A stretch of DNA of 64,000 nucleotides from Torpedo marmorata (lineage: Eukaryota), in NCBI GenBank assembly GCA_977017645.1, contig OZ360231.1, positions 54,932,001-54,996,000 of the forward strand. Direction: 5' to 3'. Each line of letters starts with the position of its first letter. The stretch's first letter is position 1. The translations under genes and the position numbers were made by a program. A model generated the notes under the pieces. That model was not told the origin of the DNA, did not search any database, and worked only from the letters and a program-made list of their open reading frames with translations. This document shows positions 49,448-62,528 of this stretch, piece by piece.

Positions 49448-52400
49448 TGTGGTAAACCACTGTTACATGTATTGTGGGCTGGGGATAAGTCTGGGCATGT
49501 CCTGCTGTCTGTCCCGGTGGCTCCTCCCCCTTCCTCCCCCGAATAAAGGCCCTTGTGCCACTGCTCCACCCCCAGTCCGGGATAGATCAGCAGGTCTCAG
49601 CAGGTCAACTGCAGCTCCCTTTTATAGCTAATAAAAGCCTACTATTCTTGCACTACTTCCTGCCTCTCGGGAATCATTGATAGGCCTATCAATTTTATTA
49701 GCTATAAAGTCTGATGGAGAGCGTCCTGAGACCGGATAAGTTAGACATCGATCCTCTAGCTCCAGACGCCGGTAACGCTTTTGAACTCTGGCTGCGTTGC
49801 TTTGAGTCCTTCTTAAGGACGATCAAGGTGAAAAACGAGGACGAAAAACAGACGATCCTCGTGTCCAGGGTAAGCCCTCGGGTATACTCGACAATCCGGG
49901 ATTGTCAAACGTACGAGGAGGCTATGGACGCTTTGAAAAGACTGTACATAATGCCCGTGAACGCGGTCTACGCAAGGGACAGGCTATCAACGCGGCAGCA
50001 GCGGCCCGGGGAGTCGATCTCTGAATTTGTACGAGATATACAGTCGCTGGTGCGGGCGTGCGATTGCAGAGCGCTGACGGCTGAGCAGCATGCGGAACTG
50101 CTGGGGAGAAATCAGGTCGGTATACGTGGGCCAGCGGCTGCTGGAGCACGCCGACCTGACTTTCCGTTCCGCGGTTCAACTGGCCCACACGCTGGAGGCC
50201 GCGCTGCGGAACTCTGATGCTATGCAAGCGCGCGACCTTCAGCCGGCCTCGTGGACAGCCCTGACACCCAACCCTGCCGGTGATCTGACCACTGCCGCCG
50301 TCTGCCGCGACCCGATCGCCGCCGCCGCCATCCGTGAACTGACCGCTACAGCCGTTAACCGAGAGCCCAAGAAATGCTATTTCTGCGGGCTCGAGAAGCA
50401 CCCTTGCAAACGCTGCCAGGCCCGAGACGCGACCTGCTCCAGCTGCGGCAAGAAAGGCCATTACGCAAAGGCCTGCCGCTCTAATCCGCAAGCGGGTCCG
50501 AGCAGCGCCGCGTGTGAGATTCGGGAGTGGCCATCTTACCTTCCGTCACTTCCGGCGTTGTACTCACCCACGGTTGCGACCTCGTGGAAGAGTGGAGGCG
50601 GCCATCTTGGACACCGGTACTTCCGGCTCTGCCATCTTACAGCTCCACATCGGCACTTCTGGCACTTCCGGCGCCGCCATCTTGCAGCTCCAGCCATGAC
50701 ACGTGCGACTCACGGAGGCGGCCATCTTCTTCAGCGCCGGATCAAGACTACATCCTGACCCTAGCATCCGTCACCCTCGACCAGAGTGCACCCCACCAGC
50801 TGTCCCGATCCATGATGGACATCCTGGTTGAGGGGCACAAGACCACCTGCCTGTTCGATACAGGCAGCACGGAGAGCTTTATACATCCGGACACAGTACA
50901 GCGATGTGGCCTCACTACAGTACCGGTAAGCCAGAGGGTGGCCATGGCTTCCGGGTCGCACACAATGGACATCCGGGGGGGTTGTGTAGCGAACATTGTA
51001 GTACAGGGCACAGAATGCCGGGACTTTTCATTACTTGTCATGCCTCGTTTGTGTGCGCCGGTACTACTGGGACTTGAATTCCAGAGTCACCTACGAAGTG
51101 TCACGATGCGCTACGACGGGCCCCACCCTGCAATCATGGTAGTTAACCACCAGTATCTTAACAACGGGCCTCAGACTACCTGTGGCCTCTCCACACTTAA
51201 GATCTCGCCCCCGTCGCTATTAGCCAACCTGACCCCTGACTGTAAGCCCGTGGCAACTAAGAGCAGGCGACTATTGGAGGAGGGGATCATCAAACCGAGT
51301 AATAGCCCCTGGAGAGCCCAAGTAGTCATGGTAAAGAACGGGGCCAAGAGCAGGATGGTGGTGGACTATAGTCAAACGATCAACAGGTTCACACAACTGG
51401 ACGCATACCCGTTACCACGAATCGCGGATATGGTGAACCAAATAGCCCAGTACAGGCTATTTTCGACTATAGACCTTAAGTCAGCTTATCACCAGCTCCC
51501 TATCCGCCGGGAGGACCGCACGTACACCGCTTTTGAGGCGGATGGCAGGCTGTTTCATTTCCTGCGTGTCCCCTTCAGAGTCACAAATGGGGTGTCCGTG
51601 TTCCAGCGGGAGATGGACAGAATAGTTGACCAATTTAAGCTCAAAGCCACCTTCCCATACCTGGACGACATCACCATATGTGGTTATGATCGCCAGGACC
51701 ATGATAATAACCTTCGGAGGTTCCTGCAGGCGGCCAAGGCGCTAAACCTCACATACAATAAAGATAAATGCGTGTTCGGGACCATCCGACTCGCTATTCT
51801 GGGGTGTGTCGTTGAGAACGGGGTTATTGGACCCGACCCCGACCGCATGCGCCCCCTGCTGGAACTTCCGCTTCCCCACACCCCCAAAGCCCTTAAATGA
51901 TGCCTGGGGTTCTTCTCGTACTATGCGCAGTGGGTCCCTAATTACGCGGATAAAGCCCGATCCCTTGTCAAGTCCACCACGTTTCCCCTTGCATCGGAGG
52001 CACGTGAGGCTTTTGATCTCATAAAAGGGGACATTGCCCGAGCAGCAATGCATGCGGTGGATGAATCGATACCTTTCCAGGTGGAGAGTGACGCATCAGA
52101 CTTCGCGCTGGCTGCTACCCTCAACCAGGCGGGAAGACCGGTGGCATTCTTCTCACGGACCCTCCAAGGCCCCGAAATTCGGCACTCCGCGGTTGAGAAA
52201 GAGGCCCAGGCCATAGTGGAGGCTATTAGGCACTGGAGGCACTATCTCGCCGGTAAGCACTTTACCCTGCTGACGGATCAACGCTCTGTTGCGTTTATGT
52301 TTAACAACCAGCAGCGGGGTAAGATCAAAAACGATAAAATCATGAGGTGGAGAATAGAGCTCTCCACCTACAATTACGATATCCTGTACCGACCCGGGAA

Positions 52401-53936
52401 GCTCAATGAGCCCTCCGATGCTCTATCCCGGGGATCGTGCGCCAGCGCGCAGATCGACCGATTGTACTCCCTCCACTGTGACCTCAGCCACCCAGGAGTT
52501 ACCAGGCTGTTCCACTTCGTGAAAGCCAGGAACCTGCCCTACTCCCTGGAAGAGGTCAGAACAATGACCAGCAGTTGCCGAGTCTGCGCGGAGTCCAAAC
52601 CACAATTCTACCGCCCCGACAAGGCACAGCTGGTCAAAGCCACCCGCCCTTTTGAACGACTCAGCATCGATTTCAAGGGCCCCCTTCCCTCCACGGACCG
52701 CAATGTGTATTTCCTCAATATCATTGACGAATACTCGCGGTTCCCCTTTGCCATTCCCTGCCCCGATACCTCGGCCATCTCTGCCATTAAAGCTCTTCGC
52801 CAGATATTTACTCTATTCGGCTTCCCCAGCTATATACATAGCGACCGGGGATCAGCTTTTATGAGCGAAGAGCTACGACAGTACCTGCAGGCCCGGGGCA
52901 TCGCCACTAGTAGGACCACGGGGTACAACCCACGGGGCAACGGACAGGTGTAAAGGGAGAACGCCACCGTTTGGAAAGCCACGCTCCTAGCCCTCAAGTC
53001 AAAAGGGTTGCCGGTCTCCCGCTGGCAGGAAGTTCTCCCGGAGGCCCTCCACTCCATCCGGTCCCTGCTGTGCACTTCTACTAATGTCACCCCCCACGAA
53101 CGACTTTTCTCCTTCCCCAGGAAGTCGACCACCGGAACCACCCTACCTGCTTGGCTGACGTCCCCGGGAACTGTGCTGCTCCGCAAGCACCTTCGGAGTA
53201 GCAAATACGAACCCATGGTCGAGAGGGTGCAGTTAGCCCATGCTAACCCTCAGTACGCCTACGTGGTCTTCCCTGATGGGCGGGAAGACACCGTATCGAT
53301 ACGAGACCTGGCGCCCGCAGGAGCACCGGGAGAGGCCCTCGACAATGAAAACCCCTTGTCGCAGCCCCCCCCACCCCCCCAGCACGACAGCCCCAGCACC
53401 CTCGCCGGTGCCGGATGTACTGCAAGCCAGGCAGGAGGCAACTCTGCTGCAAACCAGGCAGGAGACAACCCTGCCATCCCCCCTATCACCACAGCCCGCC
53501 CCGTCACCACGGGTACTGCGCAGGTCGCAGCGGCGGATCCGACCGCCTGATCAGCTCGACCTGTAAATGTATATATGTATATATTTGTATATATCTGTTT
53601 TACACTTTGTATTTTACTCTCCATTGTATTTGTAAGATAACCACAGTGGCCACGTCACCCCGTTGGACTCTTTTAAAAAAAGGAGGGGTGAATGTGGTAA
53701 ACCACTGTTATATGTATTGTGGGCTGGGGATAAGTCTGGGCATGTCCTGCTGTCTGTCCCGGTGGCTCCTCCCCCTTCCTCCCCCGAATAAAGGCCCTTG
53801 TGCCACTGCTCCGCCCCCAGTCTGGGATAGATCAGCAGGTCTCAGCATGTCAACTGCAGCTCCCTTTTATAGCTAATAAAAGCCTACTGTTCTTGCACTA
53901 CTTCCTGCCTCTCGGGAATCATTGATAGGCCTATCA
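49448..53936 (+). mobile_element. small Gypsy LTR retrotransposon (element B, older relative of A)
   Basis: 244-bp LTRs 49448-49691 and 53693-53936 (5 substitutions counted). 5-bp TSD CCATG. PPT AAAAAAAGGAGGGG. Confidence 0.96.
49714..53566 (+). pseudogene. disrupted gag-pol of element B
   Basis: Fragments 49714-50217, 50090-50758, 50527-51900, 52048-52953 and 53008-53550 are highly similar to element A. Frameshifts, stops at 51898 and 52951, and a short deletion at the RT start. Confidence 0.9.
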
Positions 53937-54602
53937 CCATGATAATGCTTTGGCGCTGCTGTTACATTCCAAAGAACTGAAGCACATCTTCAGCTTACAA
54001 TGGTTAGTTTAATCCCAAATGGCAGATTTGTGTTATTTGTTGCAGTGTTGTTACAGTGTTGTTCGTTTTTTTTAATCAATCAGGTTACTGACTGATGTCA
54101 GAAAGCAAGTTTGAAGTATGTATCCTTTGAATGCCTCCTACCACTGCTTAATGTTGCTGCTAATTAGCTTGGAGCTTGGAATTCCACAAAGACATTTTGG
54201 TCATGTCTACCATGAATCATGCACACATCAATATAAAGATGTTTTGATAGCTGCATGCTATCTGTTTGGGAATGGGAGATCTTGCTTTGTTCCTGTGAGA
54301 ACACAGACAGTGTTAAAACTTTATAACCAACTCATTCAGATTGGATTCATCCTCAATAAAGATGACATAATTGTCAAATGTTTGAAACAGGATATCAAAC
54401 TAATGTGCAAATGGTTGGGAAATTCAGGCAAAATCTTGAATCAGAAGGGCACACTAGATTGAATAGAACGTAGAACAGTCCAGCACCTTCGACCACAATG
54501 TTGTGCCCACTGACATAAACCTACTTCATGATTAATCTAACCCTTTCCTCCCTCACAGTCCATAAACTCCCATTTATAATAATTGGTATGTTTTCCACTA
54601 TA

Positions 54603-55102
54603 CAGTAAAACCCCCGGTGTCCAGCACCTATGGGGATTGATAGATGCCGGATAATTTTTTTAAATGTTTTAAATTTAGACATACAGCACGGTAACAGGCC
54701 ATTTCGGCCCACGAGTCCGTGCCACCCAATTTACACCCCATTAACCTACACCCCCAGAAAGTTTTGAACGGTGGGAGGAAACCGGAGCTCCCGGAGAAAA
54801 CCCACGCAGACACGGGAAGAACGTACAATATCCCCATGTCTGTACAGCGCGGGATTCGAACCCCAGTCCGGTCCCGATCACTGGCGCTGTAAAGATGTTG
54901 CGCTAACCCCTACGCCAACCGTGCCACCCTTTTCTGGGTTTTTTTTCCGGTTGCTTGAGATTGCGTTTTGTGGATTGGCAAACTAACTGCTGGGGGTGCC
55001 AATTTTAAACTTTCGTATTTTTTACCTATTTATTTTCCGCGACTTTTGCCGGTTGCTTGAGGCTACCAGTTGCTTGAATTCCGGATAACGGGGATTTTAC
55101 TG
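54603..55102. mobile_element. Tc1/mariner-pogo (Tigger-like) MITE containing a V-SINE (~54668-54928, minus strand)
   Basis: TA|CAGTAAAACCCCCG ... CGGGGATTTTACTG|TA terminal inverted repeats with TA flanks. Confidence 0.75.
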
Positions 55103-55455
55103 TATAATGCATTGCATGTTGTAGCTCTTAAGAGTAACAACCCTGTCGGACATTGTGCTCCCTGCTGGCTAGCCTCTGGAGTCCAAACTGTAGACTGCTT
55201 CTGCTGCACAAGATCATCATTAGACCCCCACAAGTTTTAATCTAAGCAGTGCCTATCCTTCCACTGCCATTTGTTTCATGCAACATTCCTACAGACTTGA
55301 CCTAGGTGTGGAAATCTAAGGTTCGGAGGCAACCTCTGGACTTGTTGATCCTTTAGCTGATTTTAAAACCTCTCGTCCTGTTTTTCCTAACTCAACCATC
55401 TGCTAAGTCATGTAAAGAATTATATAATGGGAGCTTGTGTATTGGGCATTAAATG

Positions 55456-56308
55456 GGAAAATGGCGGCACTGCCGGAGCCGCTGTAGCTGCCACTGGTGC
55501 GGACCCGTGGGGAGCAAGGGAGCGGAGACGCAGCGCTCCCGCGGGGTCCAGCCGCCCAGTCGACTGCCATCGGCTCCGCACGGGCTTTGAACGGCCCATT
55601 GAGGGAGCCAACGGTGGTTTTGTTTGAGATCCTGCGACCGCGGGGTCTGCGCCCAAGATGGCAGTGCTTATCAATCGGCAGCAGCCACGAGGGGCTACAG
55701 ACTCCGGGGAGGCGGAGGACTGGAGCAGGGCACCAGAGGACGGAAAGATCACCCCCCCCCCGTCTGAGAAGGAGAAGCGGGGGAGACGACCCACGGGACG
55801 GTGACCACGGCGGCGGACCAGTGAGGCTGAAGGATCAGTGCATGCGGTGGGCTGCTGGCGACTCGAGGCGAGGAACCCGCAGAGGCTGTGGGCTGCTGGA
55901 GTCTGCTGTCGGGTGACTCGCGCTCGGCTGCGGACTGCTGGAGACGGGCTCGAACTGGCTGGAGGAGTACCGGGTATCGGAACCGGGATGCGAGGGGGTG
56001 TCGAGGGCGCCGAAGGGTTCCTGACCGTGTCGGAGGTTCGGATCTGGAGCTCGGGTTGCCGATGGTTTGAACTGGACTCTGTGTGGCTGCGGAGGCTGCG
56101 GAAGCGCTGGAGGCGAATCTACGGACGCTCGTTGACTCTGGGGGGACTCTCTTTTGCTTCTCTTTCTCTGACTGTAAGGAATGTTAGAGGCGATTAGGCA
56201 GTTTCTGCCGGTGGCGAATCTGTCTGCCTTGCAGCAGGTAAAAATAAATTTCATGTAATATGACACTGTTTTATTACTATGACAATAAATTGAATCTTGA
56301 ATCTTGAA
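55456..56308 (+). mobile_element. GC-rich non-autonomous retroelement with a Rex1-like tail
   Basis: Abrupt CpG-rich block starting GGGAAAATGGCGGC; ends AATTTCATG...TGACAATAAA plus TTGAATC repeats. No recognisable ORF. Confidence 0.6.
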
Positions 56309-56590
56309 ATATGACTGGGGAACTAAAACACACATTTAAAAAATTCCAAGATCTAAATTTTATTCTAGTTATCTGGAAAGATTCTAAAATGATCTGTGAA
56401 ATGCACACACAATTATTTTGAGAATCCTTAATGTAGATACTACTGCAGGAGCTGGACAAAACAATTGGCCACACCAACTTTTCTGCTGATTCATTTTAGT
56501 TGTAAATATAGTGAAACACAAGGATATTATAGATATATACATGTAATGAAAATTATTCCTTGGAAATAGATTTCAGTACAAAAAACTTAC

Positions 56591-56862
56591 CGCTTTCCTG
56601 TAGCAAGCCCCAGCCAGTAACATAACATCTTTGATTGGCTGGAAAAATATGTAATGGTGATGGGAGACACACTGGTTGGATGTAACTATTGTATCTTACA
56701 GGTGCTGAAAGTTCAAGTAATGCTATATCATAATCCATGGTGACATTGTCAAATTGTTCATGAATTATCAACCGTTTGATGAGTCGTCTTTCTACCTCAG
56801 AGTCAGAAAAGGTAAGCGAATGTGCTCCAATATACACTCTCCATGACTGTCGGTCAGAGTAC
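56591..56862 (-). CDS. matriptase-subfamily serine protease exon (catalytic Asp)
   Basis: ttttaacggcag/GTAAGT boundaries, 272 nt, phase 2 to 1. Translates YSDRQSWRVYIGAH...MDYDIALLEL...IQPVCLP...CYVTGWGLLQES(G). The catalytic His exon was not found in the window. Confidence 0.95.
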
Positions 56863-57145
56863 CTGCCGTTAAAAAAAAAGATGCTTACATTATGTTTATT
56901 GCAATAAGCTATTTAGGGCAGTGACCAGATATTTTCCATCTTTCATAATGTGATATTTGTTTTGTAATAATATTAGAATATCTAGAACAAAATATTAAGA
57001 TGGAAAGAAAAATATATCAGGTTTTCTAAACTATGATTAATTATCAACTAGCATGTTAGTTGGCAGCAAGCAAGGTTTGATGTGTAAATCTACACTGATT
57101 TTCTTCATAAAGATTATATTCTGAAGACAGATATAATCTCTGGGG

Positions 57146-57400
57146 TGGCAAAGTTGGCTTGGCGGTTAGCACAATGCCTTTACAGCGCCAACGATCGGGA
57201 CCAGGGTTCGAATCCCGCGCTGTCTGTAAGGAGTTTGTATGTTCTCCCTGTGTCTGCGTGGGTTTTCCCAGGGAGCTCTGGTTTCCTCCCACTGTTCGAA
57301 ACGTATTGGGGGTGTAGGTTAATTGGGTGTAAATTGGGCGGCACGGACTCGTGGGCCGAAATGGCCTGTTACCGTGCTGTAAAAATATTTAAAATTTAAA
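57146..57400 (+). mobile_element. tRNA-derived V-SINE
   Basis: B box GGTTCGAATCCC, V-domain and AT tail. Another copy at ~58300-58510. Confidence 0.85.
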
Positions 57401-57937
57401 TAAACATGGAATTAATCAGAGATTTGAAACAGGTGAGAGGATTTTCTTTGGACATGAAGTTATCTATCGCTTTATAGCCAACTATTGAAGCATATTTGTT
57501 TTCTAGCAGATCCACCTTGTTTGTAAAAGAAAAAACTTGCACTTAGTGCAGTGCAATATCAGAGAAGCAAATGTAGGGGGTTAGTGAAGATGTTAGTGAA
57601 GGAAATACAAGAAGAGTGATACTAAATTTGATAGTTGAGTTTCAAGGAACAGCTTAAAGAGGTCAGAGGGTTGGAAAAAGGATGGGGAGGATATTCCATA
57701 ATGTGGGGCCTCATGAGCAGCGAATTGATAAGTTGATTATACTCTTGTGGATGGCATGACACAGGGGCATTATGTAGATAAAAAGGATGAACTAAATATA
57801 AATCAGTGAAAGAGGTTCTGAAGAAGACAGTCCAGATGAAAAATTATGGAAATAGTGAGGAACGGGACCTGACCTGGACGGTCCAAATGAACCAGACAGT
57901 GGACGAAGAGTAACACGGAAAACTGTGGATGCTATAA

Positions 57938-58298
57938 CACTGGATAACAAATATTTTGCTTCCTGAACACTTACCTTTGGGTGTATTTTATAGATTTTGG
58001 GCTCCTGATCATGAAAATCACCTTAACATTTTCCTATCACGTACCATTTTTTAGATATAACATATTTTTTGTGATTTCTTGTCATATTTTAAGTCTACTT
58101 CAAGCATACAAAACCATGAAGTGCAAATTGAAAATTCATTTTCTGCATTCGCCCTTGGACATTTCCCTGCTGATCTTGGTGCAGTCAGCGACGAACATGG
58201 TGAAAGGTTTCACCAGGGCATTGCGACCATGGAAAAGTGGTATCAGGGCAACTGGAATCTATCAATGCTGGCCGATTATTGTTTGACACTGACACGAG
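57938..58298 (+). mobile_element. DNA transposase relic, probably CMC/Chapaev3-like
   Basis: Across a frameshift: LKIHFLHSPLD..FPADLGAVSDEHGERFHQGIATMEKWYQGNWNLSMLADYC. Superfamily assigned from motif recall only. Confidence 0.55.
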
Positions 58299-58853
58299 AG
58301 GCACGGTTGGTGTAGCAGTTAGCGCAACGCCATTACAGCGTCAGCGATTGGGACCGGGGTTTGAATCCCACGCTGTCTGTAAGGAGTTTGTACGTTCTCC
58401 CCGTGTCTGCGTGGGTTTTCCCCAGGTGCTCCGGTTTCCTCCCACTGTTCGAAACGTACCGGGGGTTGTAGGTTAATTGGGTGTAATTGGGCGGCACGAG
58501 CTCATGGGCTGATTGGTGCAATCAAAGCTCTTTGCGGTTGTGTGCACTCAACCCCAGCATCTTCAGAATTTTTTGTTTAACTTTTTGGGGTCATCCACCA
58601 ACCTCCAGTTGTTGACCATATATTAAGACATTCACAGGAGCCATGAGCTCCAAAATATCGCTGGTTAACATTATGATCTAGTTCCATGCAATGTTCACTC
58701 AGTGTGTCAATACCCAGATTAGTTGGCATCTCGTGCAATTTGTCCCAACAGATATGCATGTCATCAAAAACACCACTTGTTGATTTAAGGTGTGGTAAAG
58801 AAGAGATAAGCACTATTGAACCAAATTTGTCACCCATTGATTGTATGCAAATA

Positions 58854-60059
58854 AAAAACACAAATGCTGGAGAAACTCAGCAGGAAACACATCTTCACAC
58901 CCTGTCCCCTGCAAGGACTCCATCCCCTTCTCTCAATTTCTCCGCCTCCGCCACATCTGTTCCCAAGATGAGGTGTTCCACTCCAGATCTTCTGAAATGT
59001 CTGCCTTTTTCCACAAACGTGGCTTCCCCTCCACCACCATCAACTCAGCCCTCACCCGCATCTCCTCCATTTCCCGCTCATCTGCCCTGGCCCCCTCTGC
59101 CCCCAGACGCAACAAACATAGAATCCCCCTCATCCTCACCTACCACCCCACCAGCCTCCGCATCCAACACATTATCCGCCGGAATTTCCGGCACTTACTA
59201 CAGGATCCCACCACCAGACACATTTTTCCTTCTCCTCCCCTCTCGGCCTTCCGTAGGGACCGCTCCCTCCGCGATTCACTCGTGCACTCATCCCTCACCA
59301 CCCATCGCACCCCCGGAACCTTCCCCTGTGCCCGCAGGAGGTGCAACACCTGTGCCCACACCTCCCCCCTCACCACGGTCCAGGGCCCCAAACAGGCCTT
59401 CCAAGTGAAACTATACTTCATTTGTACATCCAGAGAACTTATTTACTGCATCCGGTGCTCCCTTTGTGGCTTTCTATACATTGGAGAGACTGGCCGTAGA
59501 TTGGGAGACCGCTTTGCTGAGCACCTCCTCTCCGTCCGCAACAACAGCGACCTCCCAGTAGCCAACCATTTCAATTCCGGGTCACACTCCCACACTCACA
59601 TGTCTGTCCATGGCCTCATGTACTATCCCACCCAGACTACCCGCAAATTGGAGGAACAACATCTCATATTCCGTCTCGGCACTCTCCAGCCAGATGGCAT
59701 TAACACTGACTTTTCTGCTTTCCACTAAACCTGCTTGTCGTTCCCTTCCCCTCCCCCCTCACCTGTCCTTCCTGTTTTTCTCCAGCTACCTAGCCATCCC
59801 TCCTCCCCCTCTTTGCTGCTGTCCCCTCCCTCCTTTCTCCACCTATCATCTCCTGCCTTTGCCATCTCCCTTCCCCCCTCACTCCTTTGTTCGGACGCCT
59901 GCCGGCATTTTCTCATACTTTGATGAAGGGCTCAAGCCCGAAACGTCGGTTATGTATTTCTACCTTTGCTACATAAAAGACACTGTTTGACCTGCTGAGT
60001 TTCTCCAGCATTTGTGTTTTTTACTTCAACCACGGTGTCAACAGATTTTCGTGTTTTAC
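58854..60059 (+). mobile_element. 5'-truncated Penelope-like element (GIY-YIG endonuclease)
   Basis: ORF to 59728 with LIYCIRC..C...YIGETGRRLGDRFAEH...GIN. Short inverted pLTR copy at the 5' end. 17-bp TSD TTGATTGTATGCAAATA at 58837-58853 and 60060-60076. Confidence 0.92.
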
Positions 60060-62528
60060 TTGATTGTATGCAAATACTTGCTTGCCTCATTTATTTACCA
60101 CTGGGTGGAGCAATTATCCACTACAAAGAAACAGAAGGAGGGAAATTTTTGAAAAGGCACTTTGCCAGCAACAGTATCAATTCAGCCAGATTTAGGCTCA
60201 ATTTAGAATACTCAGATATCTTGACAGCAGCATTCTAAAATTCCTGATAGGGTTAGAAGTGGGATGGAGGGGAAAAGATGAGAAAATACATAAAATTATA
60301 AGTTCATAGAAACGTAAAAGTAAAAGCTGACATACCATGCTAGTGCCAAGTACTCTTTCGACCTGCCCAAATCTGATGAGGGGGTCTAAATATATTTAAT
60401 TTTTGGTTTCATTTCACTTCTTGGCATTTACTTTTACTTTAGTAGTATCGGGGGAATCCCTTAATTAGAAAACATTGACCGTGTGTTATGGTAAAATTGA
60501 CTAATTGGAAAATGATACAATGTACATGTTATGGCAACAGCAGTGAAGAAATGATGAAGTAGTAAATATAAGAAGATTCAGAAATGGGTTTTAAAAAGAG
60601 TAAGATAAAGTTCAGCGTTAAGTTGTCTTTTTTTTTTTTGCAATACGACCAGATTTCTCATTCAAATTGTAATTGCTACTTTAGTTTTGAAGACAAATGT
60701 ACAACTTTTTGACCAAACTAAAATAACAAGTTTTGAAGGGAAAAACTGAGTGTTTTGCAGAAGAGAAGCAATTTGAGGCTTCACTATAAAGCTGCACCTG
60801 AAGTGGAAAAAAAGTGAGTAAATTGCTAAAGGAATAGTGAGGTGTAAAATATCTTAAAAGTCAGGTACAAAACAGAGAAGTGCTGGGGAAACTTAGCAGA
60901 CCATGCAGCATCCATAGGAAGTAAAAGGCAACTGTCGTTTTGGGCCTGAGCCCTTTGTCAGGACCTGCTGAGTTTCTGAAGCACTTTTGTGCATTGCACT
61001 TGACCATAGCATCTGCAAATTTCTTGTTTAACTCCTTAAAAATAAGATATATGGTGAATCTATATAAAGTCAAATTAAGACGATAGTTGTGAAACAAGAA
61101 AGTCTGCACATGCTATGAATGTAGTAAATACACAAAAGTACTGGAGAAACTCATCAGATCCCACAGCGTCCATGGGAGGCATAGCTACATAACCAATGTT
61201 TTGGGCCTGAGCAGGCCTCCTACGCCTCCTATGGACGTTGTGGAGCCTGCTGAGTTTCTCCAGCACTTTTGAGTATTTATTAAGATTATAGTAGCAGTTT
61301 TGGGTTCAACTCTATAGGAAAGATATTGAGGCAACAACAGGTACAGCACAGATTCACCAGGATGCTGATTATTATTATTATAAGGAAATTCAAATATAAC
61401 CCGCCTTAAAATACAGACTTTTTTCAATAAGGTGAATTGATAGTTTTAAACAACTATAAACACAAAAAACAATACTGAGTAGTAAAGCATTTTTCATGGC
61501 TCAGTGGCCTACACTAAAAGACATATACAAGATTGTATATTGAATGTGAGTTTATTGACATATACCTAAGTAATACACAGATGTAATGAAAGGCTTACTT
61601 GCTACAGTTTCATAGTTAAAACACACCAACACAACTCAAGTAATAATTAAGCCACTGGGAAGAAAGAAAAGAAGATAGAAAATGTAAAAGGAAGAGCAAA
61701 GAAAATAAATAATACATAGTCACAGTTGGCTGGCCGATAGAACACATTTTTTGCACTATCAGTAGTATAGACAAGTCTTTGGTGAACTCGTTGCAGTGTT
61801 ATGATTCGGGTGATATGTGGAGGTTCAATAGCCTAGTAACTATGGAAAGAAACTGTTTTTGAAGAGGTGCTGGGCTTCAGGACTTCTTCCTTCTGTCTGA
61901 AGGAAGAACCACGAAGAGAACTTGACTAATGTGTAAATGATAAAGAAGAATAGGGAGGACACTGTAGATGTGGAACACAAATAGCCACACAGACTAAATG
62001 AAATTATACCACAGAATAAGTTAATTTTACATCTATATGCAACATTAAAACTCTAAGTGCATTAATCTGAGATTACTATAGATCTATGTAATACCATATT
62101 TTAAAAAGGATAAATGGACGTCTTATTAACTTCCCAACCCATCTTTTCCAAAATTACAGGAATAAATGAATATTAATAACAATTTAAACATCAGTCGCTT
62201 TTATTTTGTAGACTAGATTAAATGTAATATTTACAAAATAATGCTGTTTATGATTTCAATATTTGTACAAAGGCACTCTTTTCCTGTGTAGAGTAACAAA
62301 TTTTCCTCCCTCTGAACACTGCAGTATAAGCCCATCTTCTTATCACTGGCCTTCCAAACTCCACTGACTATCAGATCTCGCTGAATTAAGATGAGTGTAA
62401 CTTCAAAATTATTCTTCACATAAACTGCTTCCTCCACTATAATATTGCCTGTGTTTTCTCTTCTTCCCTTTAACATCCTGAGTGATTGCTTCAGTTTTAT
62501 ACTAATTGTCCAACATTGAATTCCTTTT

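Noticed and set aside
55420-56335. Overlapping 120-170 aa ORFs
   Set aside because: Expected in GC-rich sequence, with no domain similarity recognised.
21298-58510. tRNA genes suggested by A/B boxes
   Set aside because: All are heads of V-SINE copies followed by a V-domain and tail, not stand-alone cloverleafs.
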